Below, piece by piece: positions 54,301 through 61,130 of a DNA stretch of 64,000 nucleotides (its first letter is position 1; each line of letters begins with the position of its first letter). The stretch is taken from the sequence record OQ101254.1; one strand, given 5' to 3'. The notes beneath the pieces were generated by a model. The model ran no database searches. It was not told the DNA's origin and saw only the letters and a program-made list of their open reading frames with translations. The position numbers and the translations under genes are program-made. The DNA is from Acinetobacter phage Acba_11.

Positions 54301-55774
54301 CTACAAACTCGGTGAAGATTGGGAAATTGGGGCTACCTATACTTTAATTTGGTGCGCTGAACATAAACGAGGGACTGGTGATACAAACTCATCACTTGCT
54401 GTATACGCAGGTGGTGGCTCACAACATCTACAAGCCGTAGTAAATACGAATGGTAAGGTTGTCAGCAAAGTTACCTTTGTTAAAAACAGCGCAGTTGCCT
54501 CTGGCCCAATTATCCACTTCTACATGCTCAACCGTCCGACAGCCGACAAGGGTAGCGTTGGTACGGTTTATTGGGCAGTTCTTGTTAAAGGCGATGTACT
54601 CACTACGGACGCGTGGATTCCGAGCCCATATGATTACATCCCTGATAGCAATGCAAACGCTTCTGCTATCGCAAATCTCACTAATACAGTAAGTCAGCAA
54701 GGCAATACTATTACCTCAAATAGCAGCAGCATTACCTCGCTAAACAATAGCATCACCAATATTAACAGCACATTAGCAACAAAAGCAGATAGTTCTGCGC
54801 TTACAAACCTCGCAAGCCGCGTAACCGCAACAGAAGGTGCAATTACATCCCACGGCTCAAGCATTACTTCACTGAATGCATCTGTGAATGGTTTATTAAA
54901 GGATGTTTCAGTATCCGATACGCGGTCAACAAATCAGCCGCCGTCATGGTACTGGTCAAACTATCCATTACGTATCGTTCGCGAGTTCAAACAAGCATCT
55001 GTGCTAGGTTTAACTGGCATGGGCACTTATGTCTCTCTTGAAACATACGTTTATTGGACTGACGCATCTGGTGGCCCAATTATTCAAATTGCACGCGGCA
55101 CAGATTCGAAACTTACTGCTGAACGTCGTAGTGCGAGTACAGCGGCATGGAGTACATGGACACAAGATATAAAAGCAATAAGTGATGGGCTTGCAAATAA
55201 GGCTGAAGCATCCGCACTTTCATCACTTGACTCGAAAGTGTCGGTTATTGATGGGAAAGTTTCTACTCAGGCCTCAAGTATTACTACACTGCAAACTACA
55301 GTTGGTGGTAATACAGCCTCTATTCAATCTCAACAACAATCAATTGATGGCCTGAAAGCAAGAGCAACATTGAAGCTGCAATCCGGCAATTTGGTTGGTG
55401 GCGTTGGCATTGAGAATGACAGCAAAACAGTCGATTTCATCATCCAAGCTAATAAGTTTGCAATTGGTGCGCCTTCAACTGTTTCCGGCTCTGTGACGCC
55501 TAAATATGCATTCGTCTATCAATCAACAGCAACAACTCTGCCGAATGGGACAGTGATTCCTGCTGGCTTGTACTTAGACAGCGCGTCTATTAGCTATATC
55601 AACGCCAACAAAATTTATGCAGATAGTTTAAGTGCTATTAGTGCAAATCTTGGTACCTTTACCTCATTGGCAGATCAATCAAAACCAAATGGTGCTAGGA
55701 CTGTAATTAGTGGTGAGAGGATCGAAGTTTACGACGAAAACAATGTTATGCGTGTACGGATTGGGAGATGGTAA
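45305..55774 (+). CDS. J: Giant tail fibre / host specificity protein, lambda gpJ homolog at the N-terminus with a ~2500-aa repeat-rich distal part (3489 aa)
   Basis: NTALLGLQYDAETFG...PTNYNPQTRQYTGIWDGTFKRAYTNN...YCDQSVSDGLGGQEPRFTCN...DAWGCTSRGQAQRAGHW aligns closely with lambda J residues ~230-620. The distal region consists of dozens of KADxxALxxLxxRVxxxEGxITSQGNSITSL-type repeats. Confidence 0.95.
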   Translation: MAIVKGAKKGKGEARKPVVAPDSAQSKTYIKILYGLGEGEIEGLANGNQSIFLEGTPLQDANGNLNYSNVKLDFRKGTNDQDYIEGFPSVESETAVDVELKSGAPWVRAFNNIDLDAVRIRLKWGPLRQQDSSTGDVSGITIEYAIDIQTDGGAWTEVLKTKISDKTSANYERAHRIDLPKADSGWLIRVRRITPNSTSEFVSDKMYVEAFTEVVDAKLRYPNTALLGLQYDAETFGNVAKLAVDLKGRLLLVPTNYNPQTRQYTGIWDGTFKRAYTNNPAWIYYDLCTNDRYGLGNRLTPFMIDKWSLYRLAQYCDQSVSDGLGGQEPRFTCNVYIQNAEDAFSILMKLAGVFRAIAFWDGTSIICDADIPQDTYFTYTRANVVGGVFEYSGTRARDRHNVVKVAWDNPANHYKTEYEFVRDENAIAESGQVRILELDAWGCTSRGQAQRAGHWALKSEQKETRTVSFKVGLDGHIPLPGRVIEIADELFAGRANGGRVSKISADLKSITIDRDDVIAKAGDRLVINGENGKAQTRIVQSISGRVITVTLPFDENSIAVQNVWVLDAQDLATMKFRVISISQEEKHQFSITALQYNPQKFDEIDNGAFFEDAPISIINPSIQEPVKDVLITTESRVDQGINITTMIVSWMQAKGAVKYLVEWRKDDGSWIRLPQTGNNSVEVPGVYSGQYQARVTAISAFEIASLPVTSSLTEITGKQGLPPKIAFIRATGILFGMKLDWGFPPTGAKDTAYTEIEVSPDGINNIAQLGLFAYPTTTTTIQGLQPNLRQFYRGRLIDRIGNVGPWSEWVNGTTTADPEAVLDLISGHINESDLAQELQGKIENSVDVSEAAQAAANNAQAVASSAQTAANNAQAVASEAKTAASSAQSAATTAQTQASSAQKIANDASVIATNAKNTADQAAEDASSAITAAAEAKTTATNANTTATNAQTTANNASSAASKVASDLTTSTNQLNKKIADETDARTAAISKLNDGLTTETSQRKSEDAALLNNIETYKSSTNGTLSSLQTQINTNATNTSANTSKISSLDSRLTTNEGKTADAINAAATAQQTANTAVTNAAAAASAVTSLKSELSTGKGINNIIAPFSDPQELSPYIIGASRTVALVKSPMRIKGNAYDVTFNAVAGSIYFGSSSLATVNTAAAGVVSGGKRYMLSAYLKNLDATKQADVYFTLHWFKRAANGTFTASQSVLLNQATNNTRVTPSNDGGTISCKAVAAPPDAVAFAVICSGNGVYNVAGSRILIDMLMLEEVVGVDVPASTWTAGPTDLSAIKSALDANASAISKIDTRVTNAEGTITSQGNSITQLNNSVTSINGELTKKADATALNALTNRVSTAEGTITSQGNSITSLRNDLNATNDKVSSKADSSALNSLDSKVTSIDGRVTSNTSAVTSLQGRVSTVEGGLSSKADASALNNYYTKTEADSAASGAIDKFNSQLTIGGVNAVANSEAPRTSTAATNKEYLLYERSAELKTFYDENLEKPITISFEMSVPVAGPVQVYSSNGSAHQFVTSVNAVIVNQFAKYSVTVSPKSHTASTTVSTIEFYGTYGTGRIPTIRKLQIEAGTKATAWSPSPRDTKAAIDANASAIQTTQTKVDNIDGRLTTATDSITSLNSRMSTAEGNINSTNTAVGGLSTRMATAEGKITNQSDSIASLQNSVTSINGTLANKADSSAVNNLTSRVETAEGKISSQSGQITSLSNSLDLTNSNLNDVNVLARLLSLGKPLREDPTFKTTSSGGLSAYNFPAGTSWIKQAKSTDNPTGSTHEMLIKATQALGGGWYPTAPTLVLTANKTFLINQIIKMPVGTRLLPVGNTTGTGGYIRILGNDLGTGKFETYYSVVQGGSDLSSSIQGHFRVIAGTNPPVPTVDSPVFVILASYEVFDVTAVNDTIPKAYSDAIAANANAINTISNAVSQQGNTIASHSNSITQLNNSITSINGALSNKADASALQSLDSKVTLIDGKVTSNSSALTALQSSFEGIPNQGVNLLGPEISNPIEKPNWISGLPFEVIQSPDTVNVRAFQFTMTANTTSGTYFNIGGGQVPRQWLTEGKYIFSFVAKTVDGAPPHPIDWVMYNVSTTRQRFNITATLTRYSAVFTVPAGGAAACMLLYGNPAGKPAGQVINIERMMLERQVGNNTTPSTWIAGSDPTGMIISTQAKATDLFNTATNQNNATAGRVTSLESRMTTTEGNLSKKADASALQNLDTKVTNVDGKVTSNTNAITSLNSALSNATSSISMNAGNAQGDWTFFNTSGEYSIVAQADGQAGRVIQLGNNAGNDIVWMHPNNFIPFDATKTYRLRVRYRRRAGNGTIYVGVSQKTPDKALYVTTANALSGDMGSSNYVVNAHAPAIDEWQEIVAYIKGRSAGAASGSGSKTSPRTVSQQAGFITPMFIANYSAQTGIVELDYLILEDAEAIVANDANASAISALDTKVSEVDGRLTTATNSITSLNSRMSAAEGNISAANSALSGLSTRMTAAENGLTNQSNAITNLSNSLTVTTNTANAALPKIQGGTGAAKLFRGVLVWQQNGANLTGNIVIQTPITFTNKMFRLSLTGYNYLAAKNEINLNIGGYAYSGTSLLQHGVVNSGTMPIRVRMGVRNGTVVIILTSQAPGAYWQYPKFNIDAEIGYTTPPDEWMNGWSASFMAEADLASNGISAIIEPSLLDISTTLNATASAISNLTNTVSQQGNTITSQSNSITTLTNKITNNDLSNLVLNPDFVDPKSDWTSGVIVDATDAAPNPPSPKALRLNNRDSYYGPFVKCNVGDMFYVSAWFATPNTSVIASAVLGFNTRNSAGTYTWYSVAVKSTDKNAWGMVEGYFTVPNGMVEIRPWLQVSIAASEAAGQQWHVTNIQVRNITGNKKLATDLQATSSALSTLDSKVANIDGRVTSASNNIVSLNNSVTNINAALSQKADAAALNSLSNRVTTAEGNITSQGNSITSLTNSLAVSGKAGTNLLIKSNQVGTYDGVSYPHHTYKLGEDWEIGATYTLIWCAEHKRGTGDTNSSLAVYAGGGSQHLQAVVNTNGKVVSKVTFVKNSAVASGPIIHFYMLNRPTADKGSVGTVYWAVLVKGDVLTTDAWIPSPYDYIPDSNANASAIANLTNTVSQQGNTITSNSSSITSLNNSITNINSTLATKADSSALTNLASRVTATEGAITSHGSSITSLNASVNGLLKDVSVSDTRSTNQPPSWYWSNYPLRIVREFKQASVLGLTGMGTYVSLETYVYWTDASGGPIIQIARGTDSKLTAERRSASTAAWSTWTQDIKAISDGLANKAEASALSSLDSKVSVIDGKVSTQASSITTLQTTVGGNTASIQSQQQSIDGLKARATLKLQSGNLVGGVGIENDSKTVDFIIQANKFAIGAPSTVSGSVTPKYAFVYQSTATTLPNGTVIPAGLYLDSASISYINANKIYADSLSAISANLGTFTSLADQSKPNGARTVISGERIEVYDENNVMRVRIGRW

Positions 55775-56098
55775 ATGCCCACAGGAATGATAATAAATTC
55801 TGAATCAGGGGAAGTTGTTTTTGATGGAACTGTGAAGATCCCTAAAATACTAGGGAAGGTTCTAATCGAGAATGGACAAACTTCAGCAGTATTAAACCTT
55901 AACAAGCCACTTGATGGCACGATGTTTTTTATTCCAAAAGGATTAGCAACTACAGTCGATTCAATCTATGCCCCTTTGGGAATTAACTATGAAGTAAGTC
56001 TTAGTTCTAACAAGCAGGTTGTAACGGTTAAATACATCGCGACCAGTGAGCAGCCAAAAGCAGGGACTGATTTTGAAGTTTATATTGGTGAATATTGA
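55775..56098 (+). CDS. Hypothetical protein downstream of the tail fibre gene
   Basis: ATG overlaps the J stop (TAAATG). Possible fibre accessory protein. Confidence 0.45.
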   Translation: MPTGMIINSESGEVVFDGTVKIPKILGKVLIENGQTSAVLNLNKPLDGTMFFIPKGLATTVDSIYAPLGINYEVSLSSNKQVVTVKYIATSEQPKAGTDFEVYIGEY

Positions 56099-56823
56099 TG
56101 GATAACTATTTCTTAGTAAAGAATGACTTCATAAATGCTATTGATGATGACTATTTCAATCTTGCATTTATTAGAAAACAACGTTTTAACTTCACATCTG
56201 AACCTGGGATTACCTATTACTATCGTACTTTTGAAGTAGATATAACAGGGATAGATTTTCCTGTTATTGCAATTAGTTGTGTTTGTCCTTCTGCTTATTT
56301 AAGTATGAAAGCCAATACGCTTTCTATTGTTTGCTCAGCAAGTAATTATGATGGTGTGGCTAATTCAGTTAGCAATTTAAATAATTCATCTAAGTATTTA
56401 GATGTGTTTGTTTTTGGTCGATTGCCTAGAAGCAGTATTCCAGAACATGGTATTGGTGTAGTCTGTTTAGATGCATCAAGTAAAGTAGTTTATTACAGTG
56501 GTGCAGAGTATTTGAAACCCATAAAAATGTTTATTGATCCCAATACTTATCGACCAATGTTTAATTCAAACTACAATACTCAGGTCGAGTATTTGCCGAT
56601 TGGCAAGTCTTATGCATGTATTCCCTTAAATAGAGTAAATACTGTTTATTCGGAGTGGACGCCTGAAGGTCAAGATGTCATAGCAATGTCATCAGTTTGT
56701 GCTATTGAGGGCAATACTATTACTTATACCTCAAATCAGGTGCAAGTCGCACAAGATATTAGTGCTGTTTACAATGGATATTGTAGACATATGTACATGT
56801 TAATCGATGTATCGAACTATTAA
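56095..56823 (+). CDS. Hypothetical protein (Cys-containing, 242 aa) downstream of the tail fibre gene
   Basis: ATGATGG overlap with the upstream gene. Terminator at 56840-56863. Confidence 0.45.
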   Translation: MMDNYFLVKNDFINAIDDDYFNLAFIRKQRFNFTSEPGITYYYRTFEVDITGIDFPVIAISCVCPSAYLSMKANTLSIVCSASNYDGVANSVSNLNNSSKYLDVFVFGRLPRSSIPEHGIGVVCLDASSKVVYYSGAEYLKPIKMFIDPNTYRPMFNSNYNTQVEYLPIGKSYACIPLNRVNTVYSEWTPEGQDVIAMSSVCAIEGNTITYTSNQVQVAQDISAVYNGYCRHMYMLIDVSNY

Positions 56824-56890
56824 TAAACCTTTAATTATCAGCACCCAATTCGGGTGCTTTTTTAATGCCTAAAAATATCTGGAGAAATTT

Positions 56891-57280
56891 ATGGAACCAG
56901 TTTCCACTAGCGGTTTTACAGCACTTTTAAAATTATATGGGATTGCAATCATGGTGACTTTAGCAGTCGGTTTGGTTGCAGCAGTTGTATTAATGACTCG
57001 TATGCCACGCTCACCACAAGAGTGGGCAGTTGGTTTGATCTGTACGGTTGTATCAAGTTTGGCTGGCGGCTCATTCATTATTGTGAAGTGGGGACTTCAT
57101 GAATGGGTTACTGATGTATGGGGGATGATTGCTCTAGGTGGGTTCTTCTTTGTTTGTGGTTTACCCGGTTGGGCTTTAGTCCGTTGGATTTTTAATTTTA
57201 TAGATAAACAGGAAGGTAAAACGATCGTTGAAGTGATCAAAGAGTTTAAGAATGCCAGAAAAGACATTGAAAACAGTTAA
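56891..57280 (+). CDS. Holin (3-4 predicted transmembrane segments)
   Basis: Hydrophobic stretches IAIMVTLAVGLVAAVVLM, VGLICTVVSSLAGGSFIIV and IALGGFFFVCGLPGWALV. Charged C-terminus. Immediately upstream of the endolysin. Confidence 0.65.
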   Translation: MEPVSTSGFTALLKLYGIAIMVTLAVGLVAAVVLMTRMPRSPQEWAVGLICTVVSSLAGGSFIIVKWGLHEWVTDVWGMIALGGFFFVCGLPGWALVRWIFNFIDKQEGKTIVEVIKEFKNARKDIENS

Positions 57281-57322
57281 TACCGCCTTCGGGCGGTTTT
57301 TTTATATCTGAAGGAAACCGAA

Positions 57323-57865
57323 ATGAATATTGAAAAATATCTTGATGAATTAATTAAGCGTGAAGGCGGGTATGTAAATAACCCAGCTGATCGGGGCGGT
57401 GCAACTAAATATGGCATCACACAAGCTGTTGCGCGTGAAAATGGCTGGAATGGCAATATGAAAGATTTGCCGCTTGATGTGGCCAAAGCTATTTACAAGA
57501 AGCAATACTGGACAGCTCCGCGATTTGACCAAGTAAATACAATCAGCTCAGCAGTGGCCGAAGAGCTTCTAGACACTGGTGTGAATTGCGGTACCGGCTT
57601 TGCAAAACCTCTTTTACAACGAGCTTTGAACTTACTAAACAACCAAGGTAAAGCTGGATATGCAGATTTAGAGGTTGATGGTGTTTATGGATCTGAAACT
57701 CTTAGAGCTCTAAAAACATACTTGTCAAAACGTGGGAAAGAAGGTGAGAAGGTTCTGGTGCGAGTGCTCAATATTATGCAAGGGCAACGCTACATTGAAA
57801 TCTGTGAGCGTAATCCAAAGCAGGAACAGTTTTTCTATGGCTGGATTGCTAACCGGATCGGCTAG
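57323..57865 (+). CDS. Endolysin, glycoside hydrolase family 108 with C-terminal peptidoglycan-binding domain
   Basis: N-terminal EGGYVNNPADRGGATKYGITQ (GH108 signature). C-terminal PG_binding_3-like region. Confidence 0.85.
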   Translation: MNIEKYLDELIKREGGYVNNPADRGGATKYGITQAVARENGWNGNMKDLPLDVAKAIYKKQYWTAPRFDQVNTISSAVAEELLDTGVNCGTGFAKPLLQRALNLLNNQGKAGYADLEVDGVYGSETLRALKTYLSKRGKEGEKVLVRVLNIMQGQRYIEICERNPKQEQFFYGWIANRIG

Positions 57866-57866
57866 C

Positions 57867-58004
57867 ATGAAAATCTTTCACAGTAAGCGAACTAAGTTTG
57901 CTTCGATTATTACTGTGCTGTGTATTCTATTATCGGGCTGCACAGCCCATACGATCAAAAATAATATTAGAGTCAGCATTTGCGTACAGTGTGTTGTTAA
58001 TTGA
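57867..58004 (+). CDS. 45-aa lipoprotein (mini o-spanin-like) immediately after the endolysin
   Basis: MKIFHSKRTKFASIITVLCILLSGC: signal peptide with a perfect lipobox LLSGC. Mature part 21 aa with 3 Cys. ATG one nt after the endolysin stop. Confidence 0.45.
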   Translation: MKIFHSKRTKFASIITVLCILLSGCTAHTIKNNIRVSICVQCVVN

Positions 58005-58026
58005 CATTTTGTACCAACTACCTAAG

Positions 58027-58058
58027 GTTGGCCAAAGCAGCTGCAGTATTTGGCCAAC
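58027..58058. repeat. Perfect 10-bp inverted repeat GTTGGCCAAA / TTTGGCCAAC flanking the palindromic GCAGCTGC (candidate attP core or terminator-like structure)
   Basis: Located in the non-coding AT-rich stretch between the lysis genes and int. Confidence 0.4.
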
Positions 58059-58185
58059 TTCTCGATATTAATTTAAGTTATTGAAAAATAGTAACTAGAG
58101 AAAAAATAACATTTATGTTTGATTGGCATTTTGTATCAAAAAATAGAAGAGTAATTAAAATAGCCTTTTTCTTCTGAGAATAATT

Positions 58186-58234
58186 TTGCGCAAAAATATC
58201 AATATTAAGCAAATATGAGCATAAATTTGCGCAA
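58186..58234. promoter_or_regulatory. Two palindromic TTTGCGCAAA-type operator-like sites 41 bp apart
   Basis: TTTTGCGCAAAA (about 58184-58195) and ATTTGCGCAATA (about 58225-58236), upstream of the small gene at 58299. Confidence 0.35.
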
Positions 58235-58298
58235 TACACTTAACTTACTTGAACGATGGATTGATGTATCATTATTAAAATTACTTTGAATTATTGTT

Positions 58299-58493
58299 AT
58301 GTCTTCACAGTTAATCAAAATTCATTATCATGCATATTCTCGCGTTGCAGATCTATTAGCAGATCTAGATAAGAAAGGAGAGGTCACTAAAATTTATGAC
58401 CTCAATGGCAACGAATTAAAAATTAATTTCTTGCGTGACGAAGTTTATTATAAAAAAGTCTGGTGGCATTTTCAGAAGAAGCAAGGCGGTTAA
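58299..58493 (+). CDS. Hypothetical 64-aa protein convergent with int
   Basis: ORF downstream of the operator-like palindromes. Stop overlaps the int stop region. Confidence 0.35.
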   Translation: MSSQLIKIHYHAYSRVADLLADLDKKGEVTKIYDLNGNELKINFLRDEVYYKKVWWHFQKKQGG

Positions 58494-59686
58494 ACCGCCC
58501 AGCTATCCACAATATTAGCCCAGTCCTGTAGCATTTTTCGCCTGCTTTCTAAATATTTGGCATGGTTATATGTGGCCCTAGTTTTATTACCATCTGCATG
58601 CGCTAATTGTTTTTCAATCCATTTGTCATCGTAATCCTTTTCATTTAACAAGGTTGATGCAGTGGCACGAAAGTCATGAGCAGTGACATCAGACAAGCCA
58701 ATGTAATCGAGCATTTTATTCATTGTAGTAGCGGAGAGCATCCCATCTTGATAGATGGCTGGAAAAACATATTCACGATTACCTACAATGTTGCGCTGTT
58801 CTTGAAGAATATTAAAAACTTGGTCAGACATAGGAACGATATGAATACGTTTCTTTTTCATCATCTCTTTTGGGAATGTAATTGTTCTAGCTTCAAAATC
58901 AACATATTCCCATTTCATGCGGCGGATCTCGATAGTCCTGAGCATAGAGTAGAGCATTACAAGGCCAGCATTTTTAACTGTAGTAGATCCACCATAGCTA
59001 TTTAATTTATTTCTAAGTTGCACAGCCTCATATTTTTCCATGGGTCTGGCATGTTCTATTTCGGGACGTTCTACAACGTTTTTAACGGCATAGGTTGGAT
59101 CATAGTCGGCTCTAAGTGTGGCGATTGCATAACGCATTACGCCGCCAATAAAAGTACGATTTTGAATTGCTGACACTTCGCCAGTACCATGGTTTTTTTG
59201 ACGCTTAACTCGTGTAATCGTCTTTTTCATAATAGTCAAAACGTCTGCTGAGGTGACTTCTTTAATATCCTTATCACCAATAACTTTTAAAATATCTTTA
59301 TCTAAGGCGCGTTGAAAAGCTTCTTGATACCTTTCTGAACGATTATTTAATTTTTCTGCTTTATATTCTGCAGCAACATGTTTAAAGAGAACCCTATTGT
59401 CATACTCATCAGATTTAGCCTTTTTTTGGTTTTCTTTTTCTTCAACTGGATTTATACCGCTTGCAACTAAAGATTTAGCTTCATCTCTTTTAGTACGGGC
59501 TTCAGCTAATCCCACAATAGGGTATTCACCTAAGCTCATCATTTGTGTTTTTTTGAGCCATTGAAAACGATAGCGCCAATACTTCTTGCCATTAGGTTTT
59601 ATTTCAACACACAAACCATCGGAATCACCAAGCCTATAAAGCTTTTCTTTCGGTTTTGCACTTCTAATTTTTGAGTCACTTAACAT
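58490..59686 (-). CDS. int: Tyrosine integrase, P4-type (N-terminal arm-binding DUF4102-like domain)
   Basis: N-terminal MLSDSKIRSAKPKEKLYRLGDSDGLCVEIKPNGKKYWRYRF. C-terminal catalytic HDFRATAST...HADGNKTRATYNHAKY. Confidence 0.9.
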   Translation of the reverse strand: MLSDSKIRSAKPKEKLYRLGDSDGLCVEIKPNGKKYWRYRFQWLKKTQMMSLGEYPIVGLAEARTKRDEAKSLVASGINPVEEKENQKKAKSDEYDNRVLFKHVAAEYKAEKLNNRSERYQEAFQRALDKDILKVIGDKDIKEVTSADVLTIMKKTITRVKRQKNHGTGEVSAIQNRTFIGGVMRYAIATLRADYDPTYAVKNVVERPEIEHARPMEKYEAVQLRNKLNSYGGSTTVKNAGLVMLYSMLRTIEIRRMKWEYVDFEARTITFPKEMMKKKRIHIVPMSDQVFNILQEQRNIVGNREYVFPAIYQDGMLSATTMNKMLDYIGLSDVTAHDFRATASTLLNEKDYDDKWIEKQLAHADGNKTRATYNHAKYLESRRKMLQDWANIVDSWAV

Positions 59687-59991
59687 GAAATCTTGAGTAT
59701 CCGGTTATGATTTTTAGGGTCATACTCAAAATGATACTCAAGATTGGTGATTTTGCATAGTTTGCTTAGATTTGCCTAGATTTGTAATTTTAATAAATTT
59801 CAATAATTTGTGATTTTCAAAATTTTGCTAGATTTTTTTAGATTTGTTCAATACTTCTTTTCGATCATTAGAAGCATTTTAGATTCAACTCACTAATATA
59901 TAAAGGGATTTTATTTTGGGGTGATTTTGATACTCAATTTGGTACTCAATATTGAAAAAGTACCTATCTCATTGTATAAAATAAAGCCACC
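59687..59991. promoter_or_regulatory. int-xis intergenic region with arm-site-like repeats (candidate attP arm / int promoter)
   Basis: 11-bp inverted repeat TCTTGAGTATC / GATACTCAAGA (about 59691-59701 and 59733-59743). TACTCAA motif x5. TAGATTT(G) x4 between about 59767 and 59846. Confidence 0.4.
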
Positions 59992-60261
59992 TCAATAGGT
60001 GGCTACTTTACCAGATTCTTTTGTGTCTGTAACGACAGATTGCACGTAGGACAATAACCAAAAACTTTTTCGCCCATCCTTGTATGGCCTTTGGTATCTG
60101 CCTTCACGAATCCGAGCGTCTAGAGTTTCAGGTTCGATATTGAGCATGTGTGCAAATTCTTCACGACCAACTCGGCGTTCTTCTTTTGACTGAGCAATAC
60201 GTTCAGCTACAGCAACAATCTTTTCTAGAATGCTAGCCTCTATTTTAACTATTTGTCCCAT
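59992..60261 (-). CDS. xis: Excisionase / AlpA-family DNA-binding protein
   Basis: EFAHMLNIEPETLDARIREGRYQRPYKDGRKSFW matches the AlpA/Xis winged-helix pattern. Adjacent to int. Confidence 0.6.
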   Translation of the reverse strand: MGQIVKIEASILEKIVAVAERIAQSKEERRVGREEFAHMLNIEPETLDARIREGRYQRPYKDGRKSFWLLSYVQSVVTDTKESGKVATY

Positions 60262-60744
60262 TCACCCCTCCTTACTTTCCGCTTTCATAAAAGTAATCCA
60301 ATGTGTGTTGCTGCGCTTTCCGCTTATGTGGCCAAACAATGGCTTTTGATCTGTTAGCTCTAAAAGTTCACTAACTTTGATCTGTGTTTCATTCCATTTG
60401 AAAATTAAAACACCGCCATTGGTCAACACACGGAAGCACTCTGCAAAACCTTTGCGAATATCTTCGCGCCAATCTTCTGACAACTTCCCATACTTGGCAG
60501 CTAACCAACTTTGTTTACCAGCTTTCACCAGGTGAGGAGGATCAAACACAACTAAAGTGAATTGGCCATCCTTAAAAGGCATGTCGCGAAAGTCCATCAT
60601 TACATCCGGTTCAATCACTAAAGAACGACCATCACATAATGTATGTTCTTCTTTTCTGATATCGCCATACACTACATTTGGATTATTCCGATCAAACCAC
60701 ATCATGCGAGAGCCACAGCATGGATCTAAAATTTGTGCATTCAT
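60262..60744 (-). CDS. Small SAM-dependent DNA methyltransferase (DPPH motif)
   Basis: Motif I-like LDPCCGSR and motif IV VVFDPPHLV. 160 aa. Confidence 0.6.
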   Translation of the reverse strand: MNAQILDPCCGSRMMWFDRNNPNVVYGDIRKEEHTLCDGRSLVIEPDVMMDFRDMPFKDGQFTLVVFDPPHLVKAGKQSWLAAKYGKLSEDWREDIRKGFAECFRVLTNGGVLIFKWNETQIKVSELLELTDQKPLFGHISGKRSNTHWITFMKAESKEG

Positions 60745-61130
60745 CCCTCAGCTCCCGATTCGCTTGCTTCAACCATTGCCTTGTATCCAGTTTTACTAAG
60801 CGCTGACATTGGCGCGACTGAATAACGTTCATATGCTTGGAACATCTTTTCTGTAGGCACCTTTGGCATTAGCACATAACCCTCTGGCACCGCCTGAGCT
60901 TTGGCTTTTTCTAGCTCTGCTCTAAGTCTGTCAATTTCACATGCTGCATGGTGACAAATAACACGTAATTCATCTTCGTTATATTCATCTGCATGCATCA
61001 TCATTAAATGACTGATTTCCGTTCCTTGCTGGCTATCACCATCAAACACCCAAACAGCACCATCATCTTGCTCAAAACGTAGATTAACTTCTCTTTCCTT
61101 ATTCAAATCTGTCATGCTGCTGCTCCTCAC
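60741..61130 (-). CDS. Hypothetical protein
   Basis: Translationally coupled ORF in the leftward early operon. Confidence 0.45.
   Translation of the reverse strand: MRSSSMTDLNKEREVNLRFEQDDGAVWVFDGDSQQGTEISHLMMMHADEYNEDELRVICHHAACEIDRLRAELEKAKAQAVPEGYVLMPKVPTEKMFQAYERYSVAPMSALSKTGYKAMVEASESGAEG

Noticed and set aside
46651-54700. Numerous 60-110-aa ORFs in other frames or strands inside the J-like gene (for example 47694..48017, 49072..49275, 50514..50762, 54428..54700)
   Set aside because: All are embedded in a 10.5-kb gene with continuous homology and repeats in frame +1. Compositional artefacts.
45305-55774. Possibility of a diversity-generating retroelement (repeat cassette 7541..7771 as template for the fibre)
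   Set aside because: No reverse transcriptase gene anywhere in the window, and the mini-gene is about 70 percent (not more than 90 percent) identical to fibre repeats. Kept only as a paralogous cassette.
57732-58004. 90-aa ORF overlapping the 3' end of the endolysin gene
   Set aside because: Only the last 45 codons (from ATG 57867, just after the endolysin stop) have a start codon in sensible context and a signal peptide/lipobox. The upstream part is the endolysin in another frame.
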